DNA of 64,000 bases from the NCBI GenBank assembly GCA_000708835.1, contig DF237086.1:1-64000 (forward strand). Direction: 5' to 3'. The stretch's first letter is position 1. The number at the start of each line of letters is the position of its first letter. The notes under the pieces were generated by a model. That model was not told where the DNA came from. It did no database searches and worked only from the letters and a program-made list of their open reading frames with translations. A program made the position numbers and the translations under genes. Below, in pieces: positions 1-12,835 of the stretch. The DNA is from Klebsormidium nitens. Lineage: Eukaryota > Plantae > Klebsormidiophyceae.

Positions 1-319
1 TTCCTTGGAAACCCAGGTTATCTTCGAACATTGGCTTGCTGTCCTGGGCAGCAGCGCGTTCGCAAACATTGATGATCCCTTCATCGGACGGCAATAATTA
101 CATAAAAACATTGCCAGAGATTGGATCGACGGGTGAGCGGGGTCCAAAGTTATGATAACGTACCATTGTATGTATCACGCACACCACAACGTGAGTCTGC
201 ATGAGCGTGTTCAAGTTTTCTTTCTTCTTGGCACTTGCTAAGTCTGCTTGGCGGGCGCAAGTGCAAGTCTTCTTGCAATATCCTCGATAGTCACATCGTA
301 GGAGGCCGCACGAACGAGC

Positions 320-1841
320 ATGGCGCCAAAGGAGGGCGGCAAGAAGATGGATGCGCTGGCCGCGGTCGGCAGCGTCGTGTTCAGCCAATCATATGGCGAC
401 ATTGGCCGGGTCAGTTTTAATGATGAGAAAGAAGTTCAGAGAGAAGAATAGAAATGAAGTAAATAGAAATTCCGGTTTTCAGGGTGCGGGGCGAAAGAAG
501 AGTTAACTTTTACCTTCCAATGCTTCATATAAGGTGGTGTTGGATTGGCTGAGTGTGAGCCACATTATGCAATTTTGAACGAAGCAGTAAGCAGGGATGG
601 AGAAAAGCTGTCTTACTCTGAAGCTCTTGCTGTTCTCTGAGTACATCCTCTTGCAAGCATCCTTCGGTTTGAATTAGACAGGGCAGCTTGAACATCAGTT
701 AGTTCAAACTTGAATCCACACTCCAAATATCAGTTGTGTTTTTACTTGTAGAATTGCGCCGTATCTGTCATAAACAGGTTGCTTGGGAGGAACTGTAGAG
801 AGTACACAGCAGCAACCATGCAAAACCTTTTACTTTTGCATGAGGCAGCAGCTCAACAAATCTTGATTTCAACATCGGACAACCATATTCGGTGCAGGAG
901 CTGCTGCAGTATCTGAAGGACGCCATGACGGAGGGGATGAGCCCGGTAGACATGGCTCTGCCGCTGCACCGGGCCATCCAGTCAATCACGAACGGGATGG
1001 TGGATCGACGGGTGCATATTCGGGAAAGAGGGTTGGCAAATGCCCAAGCAGCTCTGACTGAGGCAGCCAGCAATTCAGTCGGCAAGCAAAAGGTAGGTGA
1101 AAGCCTGCATGCTATCCACCTTTCAAACAACTGGTGTGCCTGTGTGCATGTGCGCGATTGGCTTGAAGTAGACGCAGTGAGGGAGGTGAGGGAGGTGAAG
1201 GAGCTGTGCTGATGCAGCTCATATGTTCTCACATGAAGCAGTGTACATACGCAAAAGTGATCTTTGAATTTCGCATTGGTTTCTGAAAGAAGCTGGAAGC
1301 ATAATCTATGCTTGGATATAAGCAATGGAGCATCTTCAGTAGGTTGCATCTGCGTGAAGACGTGTGACATCCTTCAGAGGAAGAGATTGTAGGTCTGATC
1401 CTACTTGCACTTGATTGTAACATTCATTGTCAGCCGCCTTTCTGAGGCAGCTCCCTCAGGTTTTACTTCTAATGATAAGACTGAGAGCGTTTGTCTGTTT
1501 CTTCGCAGACATTCCTGGAGACCCTCAGTGTGTTCATCCGGCTGGAGAAGGGCACACTTGCAAGCCGGCTGCACGAGCTCCAGAAACTTCTTGGGTACCT
1601 CCTGAGCACCGCTATCTCAGACGCAGCAGCTAAAAGCACAAAACGGAAGAGAGATGTTGACGAGGACGACGAGGCTGCTGGCAAGGGGCCGTCGAAGGGA
1701 GCAATGCATGAGAGCATGGGGGTTGGGAAAAGCAAGGAGCAGAGAACGGCAGCGGGAAATTCTGGTCAAAGTAAGGGGCGTGTGAGAGCTAGGGCCACTC
1801 GAAAAAGTTTGCGCAGGAAAGCTGCTGACCAAGGTAAATGA
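320..1841 (+). CDS. Possible multi-exon hypothetical gene or pseudogene (may begin upstream of the window)
   Basis: Exon-like blocks with splice-site-like ends: 301/320-409 (MAPKEGGKKMDALAAVGSVVFSQSYGDIGR|gtcagt), 898-1092 (ELLQYLKDAMTEGMSPVDMALPLHRAIQ...VGKQK|gtaggt) and about 1510-1841 (LSVFIRLEKGTLASRLHELQKLLGYLL...KRKRDVDEDDE...ADQGK*). A block at 17-131 has an in-frame TAA. I could not join the blocks into one clean model and recognise no family. Confidence 0.3.
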
Positions 1842-2149
1842 TCTCGACAATCACGCATTTTTCTATATTGCTTATGCTGGAAAGACGCCGTTCTGTGCGG
1901 AGTAATTCTGCGGGTTCATTCATGAATACATACGAATACATACACTCTTCAGGGCGTTGTTCTTGCGCATAGCTTTGTGTCCCACTGTAGAAGGGGCTTG
2001 TCAGTCCGCAGCTAGATGCTACTCAAGGATCACGGCCCTTCGAAGCTTCATGTTTAGCGACGAATGCCAAGCATGCATCTGGCTGGTTACCCATTTCGTT
2101 GACCTGTGATTTGCTGTGCTAGACAGCAAACGTCCAATCCGCTTTCGAG

Positions 2150-5067
2150 CAGAAAGCGTTCTTGGGCATGCGACCTGCAGCATGTCGGTTCTTGAAGAAA
2201 CTTAAGGACACTTCAGCTGCTGTGTGCTCCAATGCCTTATCAAAACGACTTCAGCTCATCCTCTTCAGGGCACAGTCAAGATCGTTGGGCACTTGAATCA
2301 AGGAAAACCCTTTCAGAAGTGAGGCGGCAGAGAAGGATGTTAGACCACCGGATTTTGAGCATGCTCCTCAACTTGTAGACGAGTTTTGAGTGTTGTTTTT
2401 TTCACTGCAGACATGGAAGGCGTCCTGCTCACTCTGCTGAGAGTGGCAACAGCTCAAGAGTCACTTCCAGACTATCTGCAGGACACGGCATCCAGTGGAC
2501 CATTGAGTAAGGATGCGTCTCCTTTTGCGCTGGTTGAGGTGTGTTGACAAGATTTGATGCATTGAAGTCCGGTTATCCTTGTACCAATGTCTTGAATCCA
2601 TCTGCTCCTGTTTCTTGGTTTGCTTGTTTCTGCTGAGGCCTCGGTCTTGCACTTGAGGACAGCCAGAGTTGACAAGAGCATCTGTGCCAGATGATATGCG
2701 CATCTAAGATAGCTTGTTGTTAGGTTTGGTTCACAACTATATTAGGTCGTTGGCTCAAGCCCATCTTCCCATGCATGCATTGCAGATATTGCCGAGATCT
2801 TCATGTAGCATAAAAAGAGCTTTGTGGCAACTAATTGAGAATAGGTCAGCCTATGCGGAAGAATGTCAGAGGTGCAGTGGTGCTTTCTTGTAACATAGAA
2901 CCTTCTAAAGAGACAAGCCTTCCTGTTGCCAATGTATATCTACCTCTGCTTACACCCTACATTCAAGAGAGGCGGCAGTCTTAAGTTCGTGGGCCTCTGA
3001 ACAAGCATGAACGGACTTTGATATCAGATGCTCGTGGTTCAAGTTCGCATTGAACCTACATGCCGTGTGCAGATATATACACTTGGACGCAGAACATGCT
3101 GCAATTAGATATCAATCAGAAGTCAACACGTTGGGTGTCGGTTCAGAGCCTTCAATTGTACGATCGGTAATTAACAGGAGACTAATCTGCATCGAGCTCG
3201 GATGGACTCATGAACTAATCCATGCACGACTGATGTCAGACATAAGATGACCATTTTGTATCACTAGAGGATGACCAAGGCTTTTCTACTTGACACAAGC
3301 TGTGTTACAATTGTCCAAGGATGCCGAAGTGATTACAAACGGAGATGAGCCTTCTCTATGCTGGCAAGGTTGCTAGCCTTTGTCTCACAACCGATCCTTT
3401 GATAGCTGGGACTCTTCAGCTTGCTACACAATACCAGTGCAAGCTCACAAGATACAAATGCTCTGTGTCCCCTGCATTTCTGCTTGGGCACCAACCAGCT
3501 TCGTATTCGCGCCTGCCCAAATACCCATTCCCCTACGATCCCTCGTAGGCAAGACAACCGGGTCTCCTTGACGCTTGCAATATCATCATGTAATCCGCTC
3601 ATCAAACGCAATCCGAGGATCCCAAATGGAAGTGCTTCTAGCGACATGCAATCTCAATCCTACGCGCCGACTCGTTGACAGTACGTTAAATCCATAGAGA
3701 GCATGCCCTGCACTTAGATCCATAATATCGTGTCCGCTTGCACACCTGGTGGATCTTAGGCCGCATTTGCATTTGTCGGTAGTGGTACGTCGGCTGCGCA
3801 GTCGCCCTGGCATTTCAGCTTCTCTACTACTGGCCTCTAGATCCAAACAAAGTTTTCTACAGAATCTCTTCCAATTTCAAACCTGTCAGTATACGTTTCC
3901 CTAATTTCTTCGCCGTTTGACACGAAGAGGAGCTCCCTTGATCCTAGACCATCGATGGAGTAAGCTAGATTCAAGCTTTTCCGGAGTCCGTTTCTCATCA
4001 AGAGAAACGGACTCATGTTCCAATTGTACCACTGCTTTGTGTTTCATTGTATCTTACCTGGTGAGTCCGCTTATCCATTCATTGGCCCATGAAGGCTTCA
4101 ATGTTCTTCAAGCTCTATGAAAAACGAAGAATCAGCCAGCTCTATTTGCCTCGTTATATGTGTCTGCCCTCTCAGATCTCAGATTCTCCTGGCTATTGTG
4201 AATCACTGCACCGCAAAGATGTCCTCTAATCTTCGAAGCTGTCAAGTTCCAAGCAGTTCCATACTTCGATCAGTCCCCTCCCAGAGCAACTTGCTTGGTG
4301 TCTGCTTGTCTCGAAAGTCCTGCAAATCTCGAAGGACTTGGGATCCAGAAGGCCTGAACTTCTGCCACTTAAAGTAGTTTCGATTTTGCAGAAAGACAAG
4401 TAGCACTCTGCCTCTTTGCATGATGGATTCTTTGCTACAGCTATCGAAGCTGCCTCCTGTGCCTGACCAAGGAGCTGCAACCTGATTGGTGACCTGCCTT
4501 TGAACTTTCTGCAAGAATAATAAGTAGCCCCTGGAGCGGTCTTTGCAGGCAGCTGTAGTGGCTATCCTCTGACTATCTACAGTTCTACAGGTCCTCTGAG
4601 ATTAGAATCAGCCCCAAACTCTGTGGCAATCACTGGAGATCACCTGACTGCACTTTCTGCACAACACACACACAGGCTCTGGAGCACAAACTAATTTACG
4701 CCTGATTGGCTCACTAGGAAGCAAGCACTTCTGCTCAAACTTCGTGGCTTCATCTTCAGATGAAAGAATCCTGACTTGCGCACTGCCATGCACGATGTGC
4801 AGCGAGAGCTCTGCAGCTCGTCGTCTCTGCATTTCGTCCTGCTCATCGAGCGCCTTTCGAGCGCCCCCCGCTCACTTTGCAAGCGCAATTGTAGCTGCAA
4901 TCCCAGTGCTTGACTTGCTTGCAAGTATCTGAGACACCAGCAGCGCTGACCCGGGGCGCAAAGCACTGCTTTACGGCGACGCCTGTAGGTGGATGTGCCA
5001 GGAGCTGGTCGCCAAAACTTCTGGTTCTGGAGCAGAGATACCGGCCGGTAGAGAGAAAGACCGTCAA
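2150..5067 (-). pseudogene. Degenerate coding relic, weakly F-box/LRR-like
   Basis: Minus-strand frames give protein-like text broken by many stops and frameshifts: GDQLLAHPPTGVAVKQCF (loose F-box-like start), LSMDLTYCQRV...CMSLEALPFGILGLRL (loose Cys-containing LRR pattern), QILSTHLNQRKRRRILTQW. No splice model found. The family call is weak. Confidence 0.3.
3984..4014. repeat. Perfect 13-bp inverted repeat (hairpin)
   Basis: GAGTCCGTTTCTC-atcaa-GAGAAACGGACTC. Confidence 0.85.
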
Positions 5068-5141
5068 TTAATTCTACCAGCTAAGCTGGTTTTTCTTCAG
5101 TATATTAGCGTTTTTGTTCAAAGCGTATGAGTATATAGCTT

Positions 5142-5400
5142 ATGCTTAGCAGAGCAGTAGACGTTACCTATCGTCCGACTTGTCAGCGTACCTATGTGCG
5201 TATACGGTATAACCAGTTACATACGTATAACGTTAGGTTGTATACTACCGGGCGCGCGCGCGAGGATTTAACGACGTCCGTACTGTTTTTTTCAACTTCC
5301 GTATTAACGTCATCGATGACGTACATTGTAAGACTAGCAAAGATACGTAGTACGTACCTACGTCGGGGCAAATGCACGCTAGCTAGCTAGACGAAGTTGA
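5142..5400. other. TpA- and CpG-rich low-complexity tract between the minus-strand relic and the EF-hand gene
   Basis: Dense TACGTA, CTAG, TATA and GCGCGCGCG words. Hand count over 5161-5400 gives about 31 TpA versus about 18 CpA+TpG. Confidence 0.5.
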
Positions 5401-6298
5401 ACTTGAAGTTGAAGCATGCACTAGGCATCCAACGCTCTTGCGTAACCTGCATGGTCAGCGTCAACCAAGGCCAGCTAGACAGGGAGGGAGTCCACCTGCT
5501 CAGACTGTCAAAGTTAACCCGGTACTTTAAACGTTGTTTCAGCTTTCCACCTCAGGTCTACGTGCTGATCAACCCATGCCTTTGTCTTTGATGCGCACGG
5601 GCTGCAACTTATAAGTTATAGTTCTAAGAGAAGTGTCCATCATTGTCAACAGCTGCGCTCCCGACTGAGTAGTAAGGACCAGGTTCACTTCAAAGTTGGA
5701 AGAGACTAGCTCGTCTGATCAATTTCAATGTCCGCCTCGCGTCTCCCTTTCTCCTCATGTCAATTCAGCAGCCATCACCTGCCATCTTGCAGCGGCATTG
5801 AAGGTGAGATACACGCTGATTTTCTCCAGACTCGACTCACTGATTCAAGCGCACTAGCCCTTTTCTTGCAGAAGCAAGGATCAGAAGGCCTCGGTGAATG
5901 TTTTTGTGCAAAATGCTGTCTTAAAACAATGTGGAGGAGCTCCTCTAGGCTTGGGAAGCTGTCACGAACATCTTATGCGCAGAGGGATCACCTTTTGAAG
6001 ATCCTCTGTGTCAGTAGAATTGCCAAGTAGATCTGCAAAGAACCTTAACACCACCCTTTCATCAATCTTGTATGAGTCTCAATCCATGCATGAGGACTGT
6101 CACGAGCTCAGGAGCCGCTTGGAGCAGAGAATGATCACTATCATAGACTGCCCCAGGTTATGGTTCTTTAGATCTTTGCCCTCGAAGGATTGGCTTCCTC
6201 ACAAACTTCTTTGATGACTATCAACGATGACTTTGCAGTGCTTTTGCAGGTTACAGAGGCAGACCGCTCGCAGAGTACAGGAACTAGGGTGGGGCCAA

Positions 6299-8728
6299 AT
6301 GGGGAATGTATTCAGTAGGTCATTACATACAATATAGTCCCCCTGTTCCATTCGTCTGAAGGTCGAGACCTGCAAAGAGATCTGCTGCCTGCAGCCAGGT
6401 TGCACACCAAGAAAGTACTGCTCCTTTCAGTCGTTGGCCGTCACTAGCCCCTCTCTTGCTGACAAGCTATTAGCCCCTTTCTTGCTGACAAGCTAACTAG
6501 CCCCTGTCTTGCTGATCCAATACTGCACAAGGCTCAATGGCTGATGCTTCCAAGCTGCGGTTTCTGTCAGTGGATTGTCAAGGAAACTGTTTTTGTTTTT
6601 CCAGATCGGCAGCTGGAGGATGGGAAGTTGAAAGAGATGGCAGACCGTGTCTTCTACGAGACAGCTGATGCGAACAAGGACGGTGAGACCGAGCAACGTT
6701 GCTGTGAACAATGTTGCCCCTTCTCGTGAAAGAGAAAGCTGCTGCAGAATTGCGTCAAGTAAAAAACTGCTTGGGAGAGTAAAAGCTCCCAACAGAAAAG
6801 CTGATTCTCTTCTGGAGATTAAGGACCTTGTCCCCACTCTCTGGTATGTGTTGAGCCTGAGATGAGATGCTTGTACCGGTGCAGAACAGGGAGTTCCTTC
6901 CGGAACCTGTTCACCGTATCCCTCTGAAAAAAGCCATTTCAAAGCTTATCTGACAGCTGCTTTCGCCCCCTTCAGGAAAGCTGGACATCATGGAGCTGTA
7001 CACAGCAGTGCTCCTCTTCTATAAGTGAGCCCTTTTGGAACTTTTTTCGTCGTCCTTTCTGCTAGGCTACTTGTGCGAAAGGAGGTTACTGATACTAAAG
7101 TTTCGGCACGAGATGACTTGAAAGTCGTTCTAAAGCATATTTACTAGTGGGCCCTGAAGCTTATGAAGGAATCCCGCACAATGACTGCTCGGTTGTCCAT
7201 ACGGAAAGACATTAAACGGAGCGACATGTCTTCAGAGAAAACTCAGGATCACGCCATCCAATCCGTGCCAAATATACCTAGACAAACTCCGCGTTGTCTG
7301 CAGAGTCGGGTGTTTCTATGTGGTTTAAACGCCAAAAACCAGCTGGAATCATCAGCAGGTTAACAACAGAATCCAAAAATGCCACGAGGAGCAAATCCTG
7401 AGAGACGATTTCAAGAGTTCCGCAACTCTTCATCATTCGCACAGACTTGAGAGCAGGTTTGTGTGTCTCATCCAGACCTGATTGGCGTCTTCTGATGCAA
7501 AGAAACGATTTCAGATCTGTTTTACTGGTGCAGTGACCTCAACAAGAAGCTTCCTGGCCCGCACAACGACCCGCCCAGTAGGCAGAAGGTCGCAGAAATG
7601 ATGAAGGTGGGCTTGTTTGAGGGCCGTTCCTCTTGTTCGCAAGCTTGTCACTTTGAGTCTCGAAAGACAGCCAGTAAAAAGTAATAAAGCACATTTCCAC
7701 CCAGTAGGCAGAAGGTCACAGAAACGATGGAGGTGGGCCAGTTTCAGACCAACCTGAGTCGCTTCTCCGGAGAGCCGTTCCTTTTTTGTGAGGAAGATTG
7801 TCGAGTGTTTCGGAAGACACCCAGTGAATATTCAGAGAGCATCGTTCTGGAACCGTTATCGAACTTCACACGTTTGCTTTTTGGTGGAGTCATCATTCCG
7901 TTACGAATAGCATAGCCTGAGCATAGTTGATCGTTTTTGGTGTATTTGACATTTCAAACAAGCTTCTGAGCAGAGTTGATTAGGGCATATGAAGGTAGAG
8001 TTGCCTTTCTCCCCAAGAGCCCTCGTTTGGCAGTTTGCCGCCAACTCAATGTTCCCCTTCGGTCTCTGAAGCAACTATTCATCCTGAACCCTGTACAGTA
8101 GACTTTTTCACACATCGTAATTTTTGAATAGCGATCCCTGCTCAATTTAATTGAATTGACGCGTCCTCCGTTCCCATACGTTCCACGTCATCTAATCGCA
8201 ACCAAGGACGGACCCGATGCTCCAATCTCCACGTTGCGAGTTGTACTGAATCCCTGAAACTAACTTAGGAAACGGTGGAATAATAAGCTCGCCAGCCTAA
8301 GACGCGTGGGGTCGGTTTGGAAGTTGGGGTGGGCACGGGTGCGGAGCACACTAATTCTTTGGTTAGGATGGAAGTTTTAGTTGGAAATTATTCCTGGTTA
8401 TTATTGTTCTTGGATCAGTCCGTCGTAAAAACTCGCACCCGCCTGGCAAATGCAGAAGTTCGACCATAACGAGGACGGCCAGCTCGACCGAGAGGAGTTC
8501 ACGCAGTTCTTGAAGCTCTTCACAAAGCACGTCGCCTCGAGGGTGGGCCAACAGCTCCTAATACTCTGCGTATTGACACCCCTGGTCGCGATTGCCGTCA
8601 AGCGTGGCACCCATAAGGTGCCCTACGTCGGAAAAGTGGTTGAAGTAGTGCCGGATTCGATGTTTGCACCAGCAGTTACGGGTTTAGTAGCAGTGTCGAA
8701 GAAAGAAATAGGGCGAAGGACGACATGA
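6299..8728 (+). CDS. Calcium-binding EF-hand family protein (plant AT2G44310-like), probable N-myristoylated Gly2
   Basis: Exons 6299-6314, 6605-6682, 6976-7024, 7534-7606, 8456-8728, all GT-AG, join in frame: MGNVFNRQLEDGKLKEMADRVFYETADANKDGKLDIMELYTAVLLFYNDLNKKLPGPHNDPPSRQKVAEMMKKFDHNEDGQLDREEFTQFLK...VGKVVEVVPDSMFAPAVTGLVAVSKKEIGRRTT*. Two EF loops (DANKDGKLD, DHNEDGQLDREE), the family motif LPGPHxDPPS and a hydrophobic C-terminus. Confidence 0.9.
6442..6515 (+). repeat. Tandem repeat, about 28-bp unit x about 2.7, in EF-hand intron 1
   Basis: ACTAGCCCCT(C/T/G)TCTTGCTGACAAGCTA repeated. Confidence 0.8.
7697..7738 (+). repeat. Intronic echo of EF-hand exon 4 3' end plus donor
   Basis: CCACCCAGTAGGCAGAAGGTCACAGAAACGATGGAG|GTGGGC versus the exon copy at 7571-7612; 38/42 identical, offset 126 bp. 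Confidence 0.85.
8305..8395 (+). mobile_element. G-rich interspersed repeat, copy 1 (EF-hand intron 4)
   Basis: Core GGGGTGGGCACGGGTGCGGAGCA followed by TTAGG-like T/G-rich tail; similar to 19217-19300, 32303-32420 and 61870-61960 (reverse). Confidence 0.6.
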
Positions 8729-9684
8729 TCACTGCGGTTGGGTGTTACTAATTGACGCCACTTGCTGCCCAGAGTGGCACGATTCGAGTGGTCTTAGCAA
8801 GGAAGTCAGGCTGGGTAGTTTAATTGCTGCTAATGTATAGCCGCTTGGCGTGCCAACATGTGCCATTGAAGCATGAACGAACTTTTCAAAGCTAGTACGG
8901 ATTATTACAGGAAACTTAGATGTAAATACACATTACGGGAAGTAGCTAAAGCTATATCAGCATGTGATTGGCAAACGCACCTACGTAGCTCATTCATGGC
9001 CCCGAGGTACGGACGTGTCAACCATGCAAGAACCTGTGTGATCAAGTCTCAATCGACTTCGAGATCACATATTTGTATTGCATATCTTGCAACTCATGCA
9101 AGCTCAAAGTAACACCGATGTACTAATTCGCCATTGTATATATGCATGCACGGGGCTATATGATTTGGCCCACGATTATATAAGTTACATTCAATTGCAC
9201 GTAAATGATCGAATGCAATCAAAATTACCACGTGTGCTTACATCCGGCTCAATATAATTTAAATTCACGCCTGGCAGGCGCATGTGGTGCACGGCTAGTA
9301 CGTCGAGCTCGACAATGGTGAGCGATAAGAGGCGATTTCATGATTAGCTAGGTGCCAGCAGATATATCATGTACAACTTGAGAATTTGACCCCCTAAGTA
9401 CGCATTTCTTGATCAACAAAGTACGTTCCGGTAAGAGCTTGAGTCCAACCTAGGTGCGACGGTGGCAAGATTTTACAGAGTTGGACTACCAGGATTAGCA
9501 TTTCGGCTACTGAATAAGTTCATACACGAGCAAATATTGCACATAACCTCAATTTGATCATAGAGAATGAATACCCGTCACTTCAATTGGAACAAACGAA
9601 AATCTATTATGGTCGCCTCCATCTCAACTGCATGTCAACATAGAAACTCGCGTAGAAACTCTCAAAGCGAACCCGCTCGATCAT

Positions 9685-12600
9685 TCATTTCCGGAGTTGT
9701 AAGCCGTCCTCTGCTGTCAGTAACTTGGGACACTTGGGCTTCTCGTCAGCAGCCATTGAGCCTGCAAAGCACGAGGAGACTGTTGAAACGTCTGCCAGTT
9801 CGTGCAACAGAGGACTTCACAAATTGGAAGCAGGCAAAGTGACCTTCCACCGCAACTTTAACAAGGTTATTTTTGAGGCCGGACCAATAATCAGATGAAT
9901 CTTTTCATGAACTCAGATTTGAAACGAGTCGGAAGTGCAGAACCGATCGAGAACAAGAAGCGATGCATAGAACCATCCAATCCACTATCCCGCAAACGCG
10001 AACCTTCACATCCACCTGTAATGTGTGACGAATGAGCGCCGAACTTCGTAGGAGGGCGACTTACAGAGGGTGGCGAAGCAAGGCTGCTGGAAGGCCTTGT
10101 CTTCCTCGATGGGCGGCGGCACCTGCCCGAAGACCATCTCGCAGCTCATGTCGTCAAAATCTGCAACCACAGCGCCACCTCGGATCTTGCAGATTTGAAA
10201 CGGAACTTCCAAGCAGACACGGGGCACAGGGACGGACGATTCAGGGGACGAATCAGGCTTCAGCAATCTACCTACAGCCACTCCAAGTGATGACCCGTCC
10301 CTTCCTTCGTGCACATGTAGAGTGTGCGAGAAAGGATTTCGTTAAGGTAAACAGGGAGGGGTGCCGGATGAAAAGGCTCGGAAAATCCAGCATATCACAG
10401 TGGGGAGTTACCTCAAAAAACCAATTGGGTTTGCATTACTATCAGCTGGTTGACGGTGCCTCCCTAGCGCGATCCATTTTAAGGAAATGGACCACGACTT
10501 TGCCGACGCGAGCCCAATGAAACAACATTCGGGGCGCGGTGGTTGCAACGCGAACTTACTTGGATTCATTGTCAGCGGGAGGCCGAACTCTTTCGTGAAG
10601 AAGTCTTGCGTCGGGACCTTGCATACATTCACGCACATGCCGACGCACCCGCTGGCCTCTAAGTACCTGCCAGGGATTATCTTGAGATGGTCAAAAAGCA
10701 ACGACCTAGTCACTGTCCGGACAAGTCACACGGCTGGTATCGGCCAAATACACCAGGCATACATACGAGATACGCGCACAGGTGAAGTGAGATGCTGCAG
10801 TTACGAGAGACGCCTAGTGCTGATCTCAATCCCCTCCCGCATGCAGATCCAGAGAGCCTTCCGTCCTCTCGAAAGCAAGACTCCGCCAGCCTTATGTGCC
10901 GTACAAAGGCTGCATGTTAGCTTGGATTGTGGAGGCTAAAGCCCAACGAATGAGCAAACCCTGGCAGCCTTCGTCTCTGGAACTAATTATTTTGTCAAAT
11001 GACGCTTTTGCAAAATTCTTCGAGCAATCAAAAACTACACTCGGAAATCGTTCTGAGGAAAAAGTCGTTCAGAAGACGTGAAAACAAGCTTGGAGTACAG
11101 CAGAGGAGGGCATATCCTACCTGCACTTCTTTATTTTCACTCCCGTTTTCTGCTTGACCCCGTTGACTTCGACTTCGACAACCTGCGGTCGCAGAGCAGG
11201 AGAATGAGGTTGTTACAAAGTCGACACCTTGTTTGCTCTGCCTGTCCAGATTTTCCCTGCAGTTCGTTCAGTGAATCAACAGAGTTGGCAGATGATTGTG
11301 AAGATCGTGCCAGGGTTGATCTCCTCTGCTCAGAAGCAACCCTCGAGCCACAAACCTGTCCACTCTATGAACTGCTGAAGTGCCCTGGATATTGAACGAA
11401 AAACCGGTTGCACCTGACTATGAAGCATCACAGAAGACGCATACAATCCACTAAGATACTGAAACGTCAAAGCGCTCATGCTCATGGCAAACCCCCAAGA
11501 AGGCCCAAGAAGGACAAATTGTTCCATCATGAAGCAATCTAGCACGGCATCTTCAGAACTCGTTGCAGGGAGAGCCTGTAAAGCACAACAATTCAACATC
11601 GCATTATGAACCGATCCTCATTCCGGAGGCACTCGGTTTCTCATTGTCAAACTTCCGTTCAGCTTGACCATTCCTCACCTCCGCAGGCCCCACGAGCCAG
11701 GAAAAAATGGACGGTGTGAACAGGGCGTTCAGCTCAAGGGACAGCCTGGTTGGCTTGAAGAAGGTCCTGATTATGTACGGTAGGTGGCGGGGAATGAGTG
11801 ACAGCAGGACTCTCGAGACAGCAGCCTGCTGCTCCTGTGCAGATTTGCCTCGCATGAGGGCTTTGCTGACGTCGACAAAGGCGTCGTAACCTGTCTCTTT
11901 TGTGCGAGCTCCTGCAAATGTGAAATGTATTTAGAATGCTGGAAGTCAATGTCATGCATTAGTACGAGGCACGTCAGAAGTGTTTCTAAGAGTACTTAGG
12001 TACATGGTTGCCTCCATTCTTATGGAACTGACGAAGACTGGATTGAAGGAACTGGCGGAAACAAGGCTCGATGGAACCTGCGCAGCTCGGGAACTGCGAA
12101 GGGAAACAAAACCTCTGACATTTCAGAGGCAAGAGCTGGCAGCTGAAGACCTTCAGAACAACCACATAAGGGTTAGTAACCATCTGAGTCCGTGAATTAC
12201 AGGCCAGCTTGAGAAGTTGCTGGCTTTTGCCTGGAGTAATACACCTCTCAATATTTCACATGAAGGTCAATTGAGGGCTTTGCAACAAGTTCCCATGACC
12301 ATGTCCAAGTCGTCAACGATCTCCAGCTTGTCAAAGTATGCAGCAGCAGATTACAGGCAAGTTTCGCAAAGATCTCGGTCCTCGTCTCTGCCATCCCGCT
12401 CCCAAACCACGATGTAAGCTCACCTGTTACAGTCTGCATCTTTCGCCTGAAAAGGTTCATCGCTAGCCGGTCAATCAGCCCGTCCTTGTACTGCGTTTTC
12501 TGCCCCATCGGGGCAGGCTCTCCAGTAGGTTCAGCAATTCTAGCACGCACTTTGCAGCTGTCACCTCTCAACGAGCGCCTATCTGCAACAGGGGCTGAGA

Positions 12601-12835
12601 AACCTGCTAGCTTCCGCCTCCTGTCCCGTCCATGACTCTGCAATTGAAGCACTTCCCAAGAATCTGGGGCAACCAGCTTCCTTCTACATGCGCAGCATAT
12701 GTTTGTTCCACGGCCCCCATGTTTGGCAGGCAATGAAGCACCGCTTAAAAGTCGATGACCGGGTCCCTCTCGCTGGCCACTGCTGTGTGCGAAAATAAAG
12801 CCGGGATTACTTTGGACGACCACAACAGCTCTCAT
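9685..12835 (-). CDS. D27L1: Beta-carotene isomerase D27-like protein (DUF4033), plastid-targeted
   Basis: Minus-strand exons 12835-12424, 11911-11679, 11182-11121, 10666-10560, 10160-10065, 9761-9685, all GT-AG. Protein contains YKDGLIDRLAMNLFRRKM, GYDAFVDVSKALM, FSWLVGP, VVEVEVNGVKQKTGVKIKKCRYLEASGCVGMCVNVCKVPTQDFFTKEFGLPLTMNPNFDDMSCEMVFGQ, QPC and CPKL. These are the conserved Cys-rich D27-family motifs, closest in my recollection to Arabidopsis AT1G64680. The start codon is less certain. Confidence 0.92.

Noticed and set aside
122-1013. Shared 13-mer TGGATCGACGGGTG at about 122 and about 1001
   Set aside because: Too short and in different reading frames; compatible with chance.
768-1370. 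200-aa minus-strand ORF
   Set aside because: Antisense to the plus-strand exon-like blocks that have splice sites; no recognisable content.
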